Source of the DNA: a virus
Taxonomy: Duplodnaviria > Caudoviricetes
Virus record (IMG/VR): IMGVR_UViG_3300043395_004412
Span: 1-63,455 of that record
Strand: one strand, 5' to 3'
DNA length: 63,455 bases
The position numbers and the translations under genes were made by a program. The notes under the pieces were generated by a model. The model searched no databases, had not been told where the DNA came from, and saw nothing but the letters and a program-made list of their open reading frames with translations. Shown piece by piece: positions 37,600-46,408 of this stretch (its first letter is position 1; the number at the start of each line of letters is the position of its first letter).

Positions 37600-38918
37600 T
37601 ATAGACCGTATTTTGACTTTGTATTATTATAGTTTTGTAAAACTTGAGCTCCCGACAGTCCAACGTTGTAAATTTGGCAAGCGCCTAGTCTGTATGTACA
37701 TATTGTTGTAGTTGTGGTCATGTCTGTTGATGTAGGGTAACCTAAATTGAAATACATCGGTAATGAACCACCAGCATTGTAAGGTGTATCTCTTGAATAG
37801 GTTGAACTTCCTACACTACTTCCATTTACATATCCAGTTAAAGTACCATTATATGTCCAACCAACATAATACCAGTTGTTAAGAGCATAAGTTCCTGATG
37901 TTATGGGTGCCGTGTTGATTGTATACGGCCAAACACCAAATAAAAATCTATTACTTGAATCTCTTTGAATTTGAGCGTCATACCAACCTCCATCAGGGGT
38001 TAAGTTACCTTGTTCGGAATATATTATACCATTCGATGTTGGGTAAATCCATAAGAACATAGATTGATTTGTTCCTGTATTAGCGGGGGACAAATAAGGG
38101 TTGATATTGGCCGTATAGATATATTCGAACGTGCCTCCATCAATTGTAAGATAATTTGGAGAACCACTTGTATAAACTATCGTTCCCGTCAAAGTTCCAT
38201 TGATGTTTCCTTTAAGGTCAGTAATAACTGAGCCTGAACCGCTATATGAACTTGAATTTTGTATATCCCAATTCATAATCAAATTGGTCTGAATCAAAGC
38301 TGTTGTTGGTGAAGGTGTTACTGTTGGCGTTGGTGTAGTTGTTTTGGTTGGAGTTTGAGTTACTGTTGGCGTTGGTGTAGTTGTTTTGGTTGGAGTTTGA
38401 GTTACTGTTGGCGTTGGTGTAGTTGTTTTGGTTGGAGTTTGAGTTACTGTTGGCGTTTGAGTAGGAGTAGCGGTAAGAGTGGTTGTTGTTGTTGGCGTTG
38501 GTGTAGTTGTTGTCGTTGGGGTATTTGTAGGTGTTTCGGTTTGTGTTATTGTAGGTGTGGGTGTTGGTGTAATGGGGGTAAATGTTGTGGAATAACCGTT
38601 GCTGTTTAACCAATTATATGCATCCAATCCATCTGAAAAATTTTGTCCCGAAATTGAGTTAACCAAATCTATGAACTCAGAAACCAAAAATCCGTTTGTC
38701 CTAAAAAATCCCAAATAAGCAGATGAGCCAACAGGATTTGGTTGGTTTCCCGCTGATATAGGTTGTGCAATTACATAACCCAAACTATCATCTGGACCGT
38801 TCCAAAATTGTGGTGAATTCGTAAAACCTGAGATTGGACTACCTATCGCAAAGTCTCCCGATTGGGTTGTACCCGATATCGGAATTAAACTTGGGTTGTA
38901 TGCGTAAGGAATTGCCAT
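37599..38918 (-). CDS. Virion/adhesin protein: shared N-terminal domain + Thr/Pro linker + LamG domain
   Basis: [33 protein letters not shown]. Confidence 0.85.
   Translation of the reverse strand: MAIPYAYNPSLIPISGTTQSGDFAIGSPISGFTNSPQFWNGPDDSLGYVIAQPISAGNQPNPVGSSAYLGFFRTNGFLVSEFIDLVNSISGQNFSDGLDAYNWLNSNGYSTTFTPITPTPTPTITQTETPTNTPTTTTTPTPTTTTTLTATPTQTPTVTQTPTKTTTPTPTVTQTPTKTTTPTPTVTQTPTKTTTPTPTVTPSPTTALIQTNLIMNWDIQNSSSYSGSGSVITDLKGNINGTLTGTIVYTSGSPNYLTIDGGTFEYIYTANINPYLSPANTGTNQSMFLWIYPTSNGIIYSEQGNLTPDGGWYDAQIQRDSSNRFLFGVWPYTINTAPITSGTYALNNWYYVGWTYNGTLTGYVNGSSVGSSTYSRDTPYNAGGSLPMYFNLGYPTSTDMTTTTTICTYRLGACQIYNVGLSGAQVLQNYNNTKSKYGL
38317..38456. repeat. 42-bp perfect tandem repeat, about 3.3 copies
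   Basis: GTTACTGTTGGCGTTGGTGTAGTTGTTTTGGTTGGAGTTTGA; encodes [14 protein letters not shown]. Confidence 0.9.
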
Positions 38919-38946
38919 TTTTTTATAAATATCTATTCTATTTTCA

Positions 38947-39507
38947 TCAACATTGACCCCAATTGATGACTTTGGTTCCAACTACTTGAATGAAAGTTGC
39001 TCCATCCGTGATAGTGAATTTAGCACCTACAGGGGGGATTGAAAATTGTCTATTCCCGTAAACATTATCTCCAGGTCTTAATTGATGAAATGGTTTTGGT
39101 GCGTAAATGGTAACATTACTCGGGGTCCCATAGTCAATAGACTCACATACGTCTTGATACCAATTTCCTGTTATTAAATTTTCTATGAAAACAGGTGTAG
39201 GTGTAAAGGTTGGAGTTGGGGTATAGGTCGCAGTTGGAGTTGGTGTGTGAACCGTTGGTGTTACAGTCATTGTTGGTGTAACCGATGGGGTCAGAGTTGC
39301 TGTCGGAGTCGCGGATGGGCATGGACCCATAATTTGAATATTCAGAGGAGAACTATATTCTTCCTGTAATAAATTTTCAGCACAAACATATGCTCTATCC
39401 AATGGGTTCAAAGGGGATACACTTATAATTCCTGTACATCCCGTCCAAACGTAATATCCTTCTTCAACTGTGTTATAATTGGTTATTTCGTAGTAATTAC
39501 ACGCCAT
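38947..39507 (-). CDS. Thr/Pro-linker, Cys-containing virion protein
   Basis: TPT repeats between two small domains. Confidence 0.75.
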   Translation of the reverse strand: MACNYYEITNYNTVEEGYYVWTGCTGIISVSPLNPLDRAYVCAENLLQEEYSSPLNIQIMGPCPSATPTATLTPSVTPTMTVTPTVHTPTPTATYTPTPTFTPTPVFIENLITGNWYQDVCESIDYGTPSNVTIYAPKPFHQLRPGDNVYGNRQFSIPPVGAKFTITDGATFIQVVGTKVINWGQC

Positions 39508-39530
39508 AACAATAAATAGAATGGGGGGAT

Positions 39531-39561
39531 AAAAAAAAAGGGGGACACCGTCGTGTCCCCC
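39531..39561 (-). terminator. Strong intrinsic terminator of ncRNA cassette
   Basis: GGGGGACAC-GACG-GTGTCCCCC + T9. Confidence 0.9.
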
Positions 39562-39842
39562 GAATCTCCGTCGAGATAAATTTGGTCCTATTTTTTTTAG
39601 ACTAAGGGGCCGAAGACCATCAAACCCGTGGGAGTGGACAACTCCTATTTCTATTTTACGCCTGAAACATCCAAAAGAAGGCTTAGGTTGTTAGTTTATT
39701 AAGGATGAAACTGGAATTACCTTTCCATGTAAACCTCCCGTGTTTGGTTTGTCCATAATTTCTGAATTTATAAAGCGGAGAAGAAATCAGGAAGGGTGAG
39801 TATGGGGAACCACCGCTCGTAAACATTCCGCTGTCCATTTGT
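39531..39842 (-). ncRNA. Putative ~310-nt structured ncRNA
   Basis: Own promoter and terminator; raised GC; many complementary segments. Confidence 0.65.
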
Positions 39843-39846
39843 TTTA

Positions 39847-39878
39847 CAAAGATAAGAAAGATTTTAATGCCTTCCAAA
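39847..39878 (-). promoter_or_regulatory. Bacteroidota sigma70-type promoter
   Basis: TTTG-N20-TATCTTTG. Confidence 0.8.
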
Positions 39879-39916
39879 TCTTTTCAAAAAATTCAGATAA
39901 AAATCTGAAAATTTCG

Positions 39917-40004
39917 TGGTTGGGAGTGGAGTCGAACCACTGGCACACGGTGTTCACCCGCTGCTCTACCATAAACCCCGAAGAGTTACTGAGCTACCTC
40001 AACC
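39917..40004 (-). ncRNA. Atypical tRNA-like RNA
   Basis: Acceptor GGTTG(A)GG/CCCAACC, TA-GCTC...GAGC D-stem, AGTGG-TTCGACT-CCACT T-arm; D-loop has extra UUCG hairpin; anticodon arm defective. Confidence 0.8.
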
Positions 40005-40014
40005 AATTGTCTTA

Positions 40015-40046
40015 CAAAGATAAGAAATCTTTTTCGGACCGCCAAA
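40015..40046 (-). promoter_or_regulatory. Bacteroidota sigma70-type promoter
   Basis: TTTG-N20-TATCTTTG. Confidence 0.8.
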
Positions 40047-40065
40047 ATTTGTAAGAACTTTTTTT

Positions 40066-40108
40066 GTTCGAATACCGAGTATCTTTCATCGCCTTTAAGT
40101 TCCGAACT
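40066..40108 (-). ncRNA. Putative ~45-nt hairpin RNA
   Basis: GTTCGGA/TTCGAAC closing stem with inner CGA/TCG stem, directly after promoter. Confidence 0.45.
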
Positions 40109-40113
40109 GAACA

Positions 40114-40145
40114 CAAAACTAATTACTATTTCCTATTCCGTCAAA
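40114..40145 (-). promoter_or_regulatory. Bacteroidota sigma70-type promoter
   Basis: TTTG-N20-TAGTTTTG. Confidence 0.75.
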
Positions 40146-40164
40146 TTTTTTGGTATTTATTTTT

Positions 40165-40806
40165 ATGAAGAAATTATTTTTAACCACCATTTTGTTTTTA
40201 AGTATAGGAATTTCATATTCACAAGATACTATAAGAGTGAATCACACAAATTACACTACTGTTTTTTCCAAATCAAAAAAATATCCTGTAGTTGTCGAAT
40301 GGTGGGTTACCAAAGACATGGTGAGTTGCCCGTATCCATTAAAAAGAAAAGACAACTTTAAACCTGACCCAAAGCTATTTCAATACACTGATTTATTAAA
40401 AGATTATGTGGGAAGTGGTTTTGATAGAGGACATATGATGCCTGCCGCAGATAATCTTTGCCAAACTCAACAGGTTCAAGATGAATGTTTCTATTTTTCT
40501 AACATGGCTGCACAATATCATAGTTTGAATGCGGGTGATTGGAAGTCTCTAGAAACCTATGTGAGAGAGGAATCAAAGAAAAGTGACTCAGTACGAGTGT
40601 GGTGTGGGAATTTGGGTGAAATAAAAAAAATTGGTTCGGTATCAGTACCCAAGTATTGCTGGAAAGTAATTTACATCAAGAAAGAAAATATATGGAAATC
40701 ATTCTTATTTAATAACGACAATTCAAAACCTGACGGGTTTCAAAATAACGAAGTCAAGTTATCTGAAATTGAAAAAATGACGGGTTTTAAATTTAAGAAT
40801 TTATAA
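40165..40806 (+). CDS. Secreted DNA/RNA non-specific endonuclease (NucA/EndA type)
   Basis: Signal peptide; GFDRGHMMPAAD; SNMAAQ..LN..W..LE; VPKYCWKV. Confidence 0.93.
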   Translation: MKKLFLTTILFLSIGISYSQDTIRVNHTNYTTVFSKSKKYPVVVEWWVTKDMVSCPYPLKRKDNFKPDPKLFQYTDLLKDYVGSGFDRGHMMPAADNLCQTQQVQDECFYFSNMAAQYHSLNAGDWKSLETYVREESKKSDSVRVWCGNLGEIKKIGSVSVPKYCWKVIYIKKENIWKSFLFNNDNSKPDGFQNNEVKLSEIEKMTGFKFKNL

Positions 40807-41089
40807 CACCGTCAAGATATTTTTTTATTGTCCTTCTAATTTTTTGCTCCCCTAAAGCAACCCAGTCATCTTCAATCATTTGAAAAATTTTCCCGACTAA
40901 GTATTTTTTATTGCCGACTAGTGGTCTTGTTTTATCGTCAATTTGTATTAATTTAAGAGGAGTTTTCATCCAATCAAAATTGATTTCATGAGTTGGGAAA
41001 TGTCTTTTCAGATAAGTCAAAAGTTCATCTGAAGTATCGTCAACATATTTTGATAAAATTTCTTTTCTTTCTTCCTCTGTAATACGCAT
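40793..41089 (-). CDS. Hypothetical protein with leader motif
   Basis: MRITEEERKEILSKY. Confidence 0.7.
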   Translation of the reverse strand: MRITEEERKEILSKYVDDTSDELLTYLKRHFPTHEINFDWMKTPLKLIQIDDKTRPLVGNKKYLVGKIFQMIEDDWVALGEQKIRRTIKKYLDGVINS

Positions 41090-41128
41090 AATCATAAATA
41101 TAGGTCTATTTATTTGAAAATCTAACAC

Positions 41129-41263
41129 ATGGCAAAAGCAAAAGGCGGCGCGAGAGCTGAATCAAGAAAAATTACTTTCGGTAAAAGAAAAGGTGGAGTT
41201 GCAAAGAAATCTTATAACAAAAACAATCCGAGACCGAAAGCATATCGAGGTCAAGGACGCTAA
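41129..41263 (+). CDS. 44-aa very basic protein ending YRGQGR (not in ORF track)
   Basis: MAKAKGGARAESRKITFGKRKGG...PKAYRGQGR; TATTTAT upstream. Confidence 0.8.
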   Translation: MAKAKGGARAESRKITFGKRKGGVAKKSYNKNNPRPKAYRGQGR

Positions 41264-41299
41264 CTTTAGTTTTCTATAAATTGAGTTATAATTTTTATC

Positions 41300-41587
41300 A
41301 TGTTAGATAAGAAAAGAAGACTATTTCGCCTAATAGAAACCTACATCAATGATTACCAAAAAGAAGCTGTGGAGGAGATGTATGGTGTTGGTACAAGAAT
41401 CAAAATCCACAACATTGTAGAGTCTCAAACTCAAAAGTCAATTTTATTCGAGGCTGTGATTATTTTGGGTGAAACTATAACTGAACAAGTTATGGATAGA
41501 AAATTAGCCGATGTGTTAATTCAGGATGCGATGGTCTATTTTTTTCCTGACCAATCAATTAAAACTTATGTAAGGTGGGATGTTTAG
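41300..41587 (+). CDS. Hypothetical protein
   Basis: 95-aa ORF. Confidence 0.7.
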   Translation: MLDKKRRLFRLIETYINDYQKEAVEEMYGVGTRIKIHNIVESQTQKSILFEAVIILGETITEQVMDRKLADVLIQDAMVYFFPDQSIKTYVRWDV

Positions 41588-41892
41588 AGATTTCTTTTTC
41601 TCATCTCCTCGAGTAACTCACTATTCTCTTTTTGTAAAAATTCAACTTTGACCGTAAGTGCTGAAACCTTTTCAGTCAACGACAAAATTGTCGTTCTCAT
41701 ATCATCTTTTTCTTTTGAGCTCATTTGAAGAAGAGCTTCCAATTTGGATATTCTATCTCTGCAATCGTCACGAACAAAATCTTCGTCTCTTTCTTTTCTC
41801 ATGGCTCTTTTTTCGTAGAATCTCCAGGCACTTGTTGAACCCAAAACTGTGACGATGGTTATTAACACCGTCCAAACTGAATCACTCGTCAT
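41584..41892 (-). CDS. TM + coiled-coil protein (holin-like)
   Basis: N-terminal TM, coiled coil. Confidence 0.7.
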   Translation of the reverse strand: MTSDSVWTVLITIVTVLGSTSAWRFYEKRAMRKERDEDFVRDDCRDRISKLEALLQMSSKEKDDMRTTILSLTEKVSALTVKVEFLQKENSELLEEMRKRNL

Positions 41893-42054
41893 AAATTAAT
41901 TTTTCATTTATTTTCATAAATACCGAAAAGTAAAGAAAAAATTATTTTTTTATCTGATGAATTTCCGAAGGGAGGGAAATAATTATTATTCTTATAGAAT
42001 AATAATATAAATTATAAAATATAAAAAAACTAGTAATACTAGTTCTAGAGGTTT

Positions 42055-42324
42055 TTAGACAAAATCCACACAACACTCCAAGTTTAAAAGAGACTCCACA
42101 AAATTAGTTACTTCGTTTATTGTGATATTCGACTTCGTATAAATGGAGTCCGTTTTGTTTTCGATGGATAAAAAGATAGCATGTGAATCAGGTAACCATC
42201 GGTCTTCATCTTGGTCATATTTTTGGGTTGGTACTATAACCATTTCTTTGATTATAAGATTGTCTCCGTAGGATATCTCAAAAGACGATTCAACCAATCT
42301 TTTTATACGTTTAATTTTGTCCAC
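42055..42324 (-). CDS. Hypothetical protein
   Basis: ORF. Confidence 0.6.
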   Translation of the reverse strand: MDKIKRIKRLVESSFEISYGDNLIIKEMVIVPTQKYDQDEDRWLPDSHAIFLSIENKTDSIYTKSNITINEVTNFVESLLNLECCVDFV

Positions 42325-42689
42325 GTCATATCAGAATTTAAAACTACCGAATATAAATATTTTTTTGTCCATTCTTTGGGTCCAATTAAAGAAAGGGAAC
42401 GTCCACCATCCATATCTTCATAAAGGTGGTATATCTCCCCTATAATAGGTTCAAATTTGTACCTTGACTCGTAGACCTCCTGTTGTAAAAGGATTGAATT
42501 TTGAAGGGTTTCTGCGTCTCTAATGAGTTCTTCATATCGTCTCTTGATTACCCTATCTACTTTGTTAAGACCATGACTTTTGAATGCCGTCAAATCGGAA
42601 GGTTCAATCTTTGGTGCACCGACATGTGTAGGGTAAGGAATACTCTTTGGTTGTAAATTTACCTTATCTATGTGTGATTGTGTCGACAT
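42303..42689 (-). CDS. DUF2452-like protein
   Basis: PYPTHVGAPKI; FEPIIGEIYHLY; LSLIGPKEW; LNSDMTW. Confidence 0.8.
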   Translation of the reverse strand: MSTQSHIDKVNLQPKSIPYPTHVGAPKIEPSDLTAFKSHGLNKVDRVIKRRYEELIRDAETLQNSILLQQEVYESRYKFEPIIGEIYHLYEDMDGGRSLSLIGPKEWTKKYLYSVVLNSDMTWTKLNV

Positions 42690-42743
42690 AAAAAAAATGT
42701 CCCATTCGGGACATTAATATAATCAAAATATTTTTAAAAACAA

Positions 42744-43241
42744 TTACTGACCTTTAATCATACCAAGACCATGTTTCAAAAATTCTTTAGCTCTTGGTGA
42801 GATATGTTGCATTGCATACACTTTCTCAATATCTTTCACAAGTTCTTCCCCGTGTTCATTCTCTTTGTATAATTCGATGATTTTGTCCATAGCCTTACCA
42901 CATTCTTTCTTTGTTTCATCGAAATAGTTATATGGTTTGAATCCTTTAAGATGATTCATGATTTCGTAAGCCAAGTGTTCTCCTCCGTCAGAAACTTTTG
43001 GATGAAGTCTTAGGGTCTTTAGTAATTCTAATTTATCAACCAATCCTCTAACTCCATTTTTTCTCATTTTAACACCTTCAATATAATCATCATCTTCGTC
43101 ATCACCAACAATCTCTTCTAATGATTTTGTATTTCCAGCGTGGCAAAATTTTCTGTCCTCAGTTTTCTCTGATTCGCTTACTTGATAGATTCCTCTGATT
43201 CTTTGTTTTTCGTCTTCGGTTATAATAAATCTTTTACCCAT
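42744..43241 (-). CDS. Hypothetical protein with leader motif
   Basis: MGKRFIITEDEKQRIRGIY. Confidence 0.75.
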   Translation of the reverse strand: MGKRFIITEDEKQRIRGIYQVSESEKTEDRKFCHAGNTKSLEEIVGDDEDDDYIEGVKMRKNGVRGLVDKLELLKTLRLHPKVSDGGEHLAYEIMNHLKGFKPYNYFDETKKECGKAMDKIIELYKENEHGEELVKDIEKVYAMQHISPRAKEFLKHGLGMIKGQ

Positions 43242-43274
43242 GACTATAAATACTTCAGTTTATTGAAAATTTTA

Positions 43275-43976
43275 TTAGTCCAAAATATGATGAATAAAGA
43301 AAATTTTCTCGTCATCACTTAATTCATCGTTTGTGAATGAAAATGGTGAATAATCAAACTTATAAAAACAAGGTTTAAAATATTCATAAACCAATTTTGC
43401 TGATATAGAATCATATGCGTCTTTGAAAGTAAAATATCTTTCATTCAAATAGGAATTATCCTCCAACAATGAACTAATTCTCGATATCTCACTTTTCTCT
43501 TTCGAAATGAAAGGGAGTTTCAATATATCTTCCTTTAGGTTCTCAAGTTTTACAACATAGTCGGGGTCTTTTTTATCAAATGTCCATTTCTGAAAAAAAT
43601 TATTTTCATCATCGTATCTCGGACTCAAAAAAACATAAGAGCCTTGTGACCAAAAGTTATCTCGAACCCAACTGCAAAATTTAAATTTGAAATCTTTAGA
43701 ATTTTTCAGAATTGGTTTTTCCAAATAAAAATTTTGATAACAAGCAAAAACTCTATCATATGGATTTCTGATATTTGTAATGATTTGGAAGTCAGAATAG
43801 TCTTCATCGATATGATTTTCGTTACTTTGGGAATCTTTACGGAAATCTACCAACTCGTAATTGTTTTTTTTCTTTATCGAGAAAAAATTATAATTTTCAA
43901 ATATTTTTTTTGTAATAGAACTTGCAGTTCTTTCAGGAGCCAACCAAATTACCTGATTTTCTAAGGAAACATTCAT
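43275..43976 (-). CDS. Sulfotransferase family 2-like protein
   Basis: WLAPERTAS, IRNPYDRV, DYVVKLENL.ED, F..FDY. Confidence 0.75.
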   Translation of the reverse strand: MNVSLENQVIWLAPERTASSITKKIFENYNFFSIKKKNNYELVDFRKDSQSNENHIDEDYSDFQIITNIRNPYDRVFACYQNFYLEKPILKNSKDFKFKFCSWVRDNFWSQGSYVFLSPRYDDENNFFQKWTFDKKDPDYVVKLENLKEDILKLPFISKEKSEISRISSLLEDNSYLNERYFTFKDAYDSISAKLVYEYFKPCFYKFDYSPFSFTNDELSDDEKIFFIHHILD

Positions 43977-44224
43977 ATTTTAATGAAATTATTAACATTT
44001 TGGATTGTGTAAACAGAATCTTGAGAATCTTCACAATAATCCCAAAGTGTTTTCAATTTCAAATAAGGGTGTTTTTGACTTTTTGACCATTTTTTAGCAT
44101 ATTGATAGTCAGCAACGTTCCACATTAATTTTCTTTTTGGTTTTTCAACAAAAAAAGAACGAATTTTCAATAAAATTGAAAAAAAGAACGAAATAATTTT
44201 ATAAATAAAGTCTTGATGTCTCAT
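43973..44224 (-). CDS. Hypothetical protein
   Basis: Operon packing. Confidence 0.6.
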   Translation of the reverse strand: MRHQDFIYKIISFFFSILLKIRSFFVEKPKRKLMWNVADYQYAKKWSKSQKHPYLKLKTLWDYCEDSQDSVYTIQNVNNFIKI

Positions 44225-44393
44225 TGAAGATTTTTTTCGCTACGATTTCTAATCTATCAATTTCTTTTTGGTCTTTTTCGGAAACCTCGAAGTTTTTAGC
44301 TTTGATTTCTCTGATTTGTTCCTGAATTCTCTGATATTGGAACAAATATTTGTTATAAAGGTCGGCTTTCTGTTCGTTTGTGAGTCTTTGCAT
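44199..44393 (-). CDS. Hypothetical coiled-coil protein
   Basis: MQRLTNEQKADLY. Confidence 0.65.
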   Translation of the reverse strand: MQRLTNEQKADLYNKYLFQYQRIQEQIREIKAKNFEVSEKDQKEIDRLEIVAKKIFNETSRLYL

Positions 44394-44437
44394 GGTTGTG
44401 TTTTCTAAAAAAATAAAAAAAGGGTACAAAATGTAAA

Positions 44438-44722
44438 TCAAGTACCCTCTTTTGTTTTATTATATATTGAATTCAATTTATCTACCACACCAAAAACTTC
44501 AGACTTGGTTCCTTGGTCAATTTTTTTTCCAAATTTAAAAAGTGAATTCAGCTCTTTCAATTTACCAATCACATCCTCCATTGAATCCTCCAAGTTTTGA
44601 TTTCCGTTACTTGTATCGTATTCAACAGGTTGAACATAAATGTCCAAATCCATTGCGGCACTGTTGGAACCCGTCTCTACGAGTCTTTTATATTGCTTTT
44701 CGGTAATAACAATAGTTCTCAC
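44438..44722 (-). CDS. Hypothetical protein with leader motif (GTG start)
   Basis: MRTIVITEKQYKRLVE. Confidence 0.7.
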   Translation of the reverse strand: MRTIVITEKQYKRLVETGSNSAAMDLDIYVQPVEYDTSNGNQNLEDSMEDVIGKLKELNSLFKFGKKIDQGTKSEVFGVVDKLNSIYNKTKEGT

Positions 44723-44727
44723 AAGAT

Positions 44728-45093
44728 TTAAGCATTTGCTAATGTGATATTGATTATAGAAGATACATTCAAATCTTCCCAATTAACCAATTTTTCTTCA
44801 CCACCAGCTAAAACCTCTATATTTCTACCAAAATTAAGGTCCCCTTGGACTTTATTACCCACAATATTTGCAAGATTCAAATAAAGACCATCATTAACTC
44901 TGAAAATTACTTTCATTATTCCTAAAAATGTTGTGCAAGCTTCATCTGAATATACATTAAAAATTCTATCTGATGATACATCAGTTAACTGTACTGTAAC
45001 GTCCTCAGTTACACCAGAAGGTTTGTGAGTATAGTTATCATTAAAAAGCTTGATGAATTTATTTGACTCATTTCTTACGTTAAGTGTTGCCAT
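44728..45093 (-). CDS. Hypothetical protein
   Basis: TATTTAT upstream. Confidence 0.7.
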   Translation of the reverse strand: MATLNVRNESNKFIKLFNDNYTHKPSGVTEDVTVQLTDVSSDRIFNVYSDEACTTFLGIMKVIFRVNDGLYLNLANIVGNKVQGDLNFGRNIEVLAGGEEKLVNWEDLNVSSIINITLANA

Positions 45094-45146
45094 AGTTTGA
45101 TTTTCTTTATAAATAGTCTAATTTTTATTAAGAAATATTTATTGTT

Positions 45147-46001
45147 ATGAAAAACCTACTCTTTTTACTCATTTTTACACCACTTTTTGTTCTTGCTCAG
45201 AATGAAAAAGAACAAAAATCAAATATTCGAAATAACACTCAATCGTCCACACAAAACTCACCAAATAGAGTAACCAATACTGAAATTTATCAAAAACAAG
45301 AGATTAGGAGAGAAACCCAACCACCAAAACAAACTATAATCATAAGAGAACAACCTTATTATGGTCGACCTTGGGGATTCAATTCTTGGGATAGATGGAA
45401 TAGATGGGGAGCACCTTACTCGTATGTGAATTATTATGATTGGGACATCTACGACAGATGGGGTTATAGAAAACCTGCAAGGATTTATCAATTGCCCGAT
45501 GGAAAAAACGACACAATAGTTAGTAAAAAAAATAAAACAAGAATAGGATTTAACTTTACATCTGATAATCAAGTGGGTGGATGGATAACAGTAGGTAAAG
45601 GAGTATATTTTAAAGGTCAATTCTCAAAATATATAAATCAAGATAAATCAGAATACTATTCTCACCCTGATGTTAATTTTTATAATGCAACAAATGTTTG
45701 GAAGGACCAAAGACTCGAAGACATAACCAAGGGATGGTCGATGTATTTGGGAGTGGGACGAGAATTTAAAAATATAGGAGTTAATATATCCTTAGGTTTT
45801 GGTCAAGAAACTGAAAATTTTCAGTTTTTTGACGAATACTACCAGTTGTCTAGTAATGGAAAATATTCTTTCAAAAACTTTGTAGATGATTATATGACTT
45901 TAAGTTTTGGGGTGACTCATGACTATAAATTTTTATCTATAAACGGAGACTTTGACCCAATAAGAAAAACATTTTCTTTGGGGGCTGGATTTAATTTTTA
46001 A
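45147..46001 (+). CDS. Putative outer-membrane beta-barrel protein
   Basis: Signal peptide; aromatic-rich linker; C-terminal FSLGAGFNF beta-signal. Confidence 0.7.
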   Translation: MKNLLFLLIFTPLFVLAQNEKEQKSNIRNNTQSSTQNSPNRVTNTEIYQKQEIRRETQPPKQTIIIREQPYYGRPWGFNSWDRWNRWGAPYSYVNYYDWDIYDRWGYRKPARIYQLPDGKNDTIVSKKNKTRIGFNFTSDNQVGGWITVGKGVYFKGQFSKYINQDKSEYYSHPDVNFYNATNVWKDQRLEDITKGWSMYLGVGREFKNIGVNISLGFGQETENFQFFDEYYQLSSNGKYSFKNFVDDYMTLSFGVTHDYKFLSINGDFDPIRKTFSLGAGFNF

Positions 46002-46004
46002 AAT

Positions 46005-46400
46005 ATGGCATATTCTGATAAAGTTATTGACCACTATACCAACCCTAAAAATGTCGGTACATTAGATAAATCTAAACTAAACGTAGGTACTGGGTTGGTT
46101 GGAGCTCCCGAATGTGGTGACGTTATGAGACTACAAATAGAGGTTGAAAACAACATAATTATCGATGCTAAATTCAAAACTTTCGGATGTGGTTCAGCAA
46201 TTGCTTCATCAAGCTTAGCCACAGAGTGGTTAAAAGGAAAATCTGTGGATGAAGCATTGAAAATTGATAATATGGAAATTGTTGAGGAATTAAATTTACC
46301 TCCAGTCAAGATACATTGTTCAGTATTAGCCGAGGATGCCATAAAATCAGCGATTAATGATTTCAGAATCAAACAGGGCTTGGAAGAAATAAAATTCTAA
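46005..46400 (+). CDS. iscU: Fe-S cluster scaffold IscU
   Basis: YSDKVIDHY.NP.NVG, APECGDVM, FGCGSAIASSS, LPPVKIHCSVLAEDA. Confidence 0.98.
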   Translation: MAYSDKVIDHYTNPKNVGTLDKSKLNVGTGLVGAPECGDVMRLQIEVENNIIIDAKFKTFGCGSAIASSSLATEWLKGKSVDEALKIDNMEIVEELNLPPVKIHCSVLAEDAIKSAINDFRIKQGLEEIKF

Positions 46401-46408
46401 AAATTTCT

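Noticed and set aside
38317-38456. Tandem repeat as a possible CRISPR array
   Set aside because: No spacers; in-frame 14-aa coding repeat; no cas genes
36989-38613. Val/Gly-, Cys/Arg- and Asn-rich ORFs (36989, 37093, 38242, 38355)
   Set aside because: Alternative-frame shadows of Thr/Pro repeat coding sequence
35331-38918. Diversity-generating retroelement acting on lectin genes
   Set aside because: No reverse transcriptase in window; the repeats are N-terminal and differences are not adenine-specific
39917-40004. Call as ordinary tRNA-Phe(GAA), tmRNA or Y RNA
   Set aside because: Anticodon stem only 4 bp with non-canonical loop bases; no contiguous tmRNA tag region; topology does not match a Y RNA Ro-binding stem
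39683-40054. ORFs 39683..39877 and 39839..40054
   Set aside because: They overlap promoters and the tRNA-like/structured RNA and have atypical composition; not called as proteins
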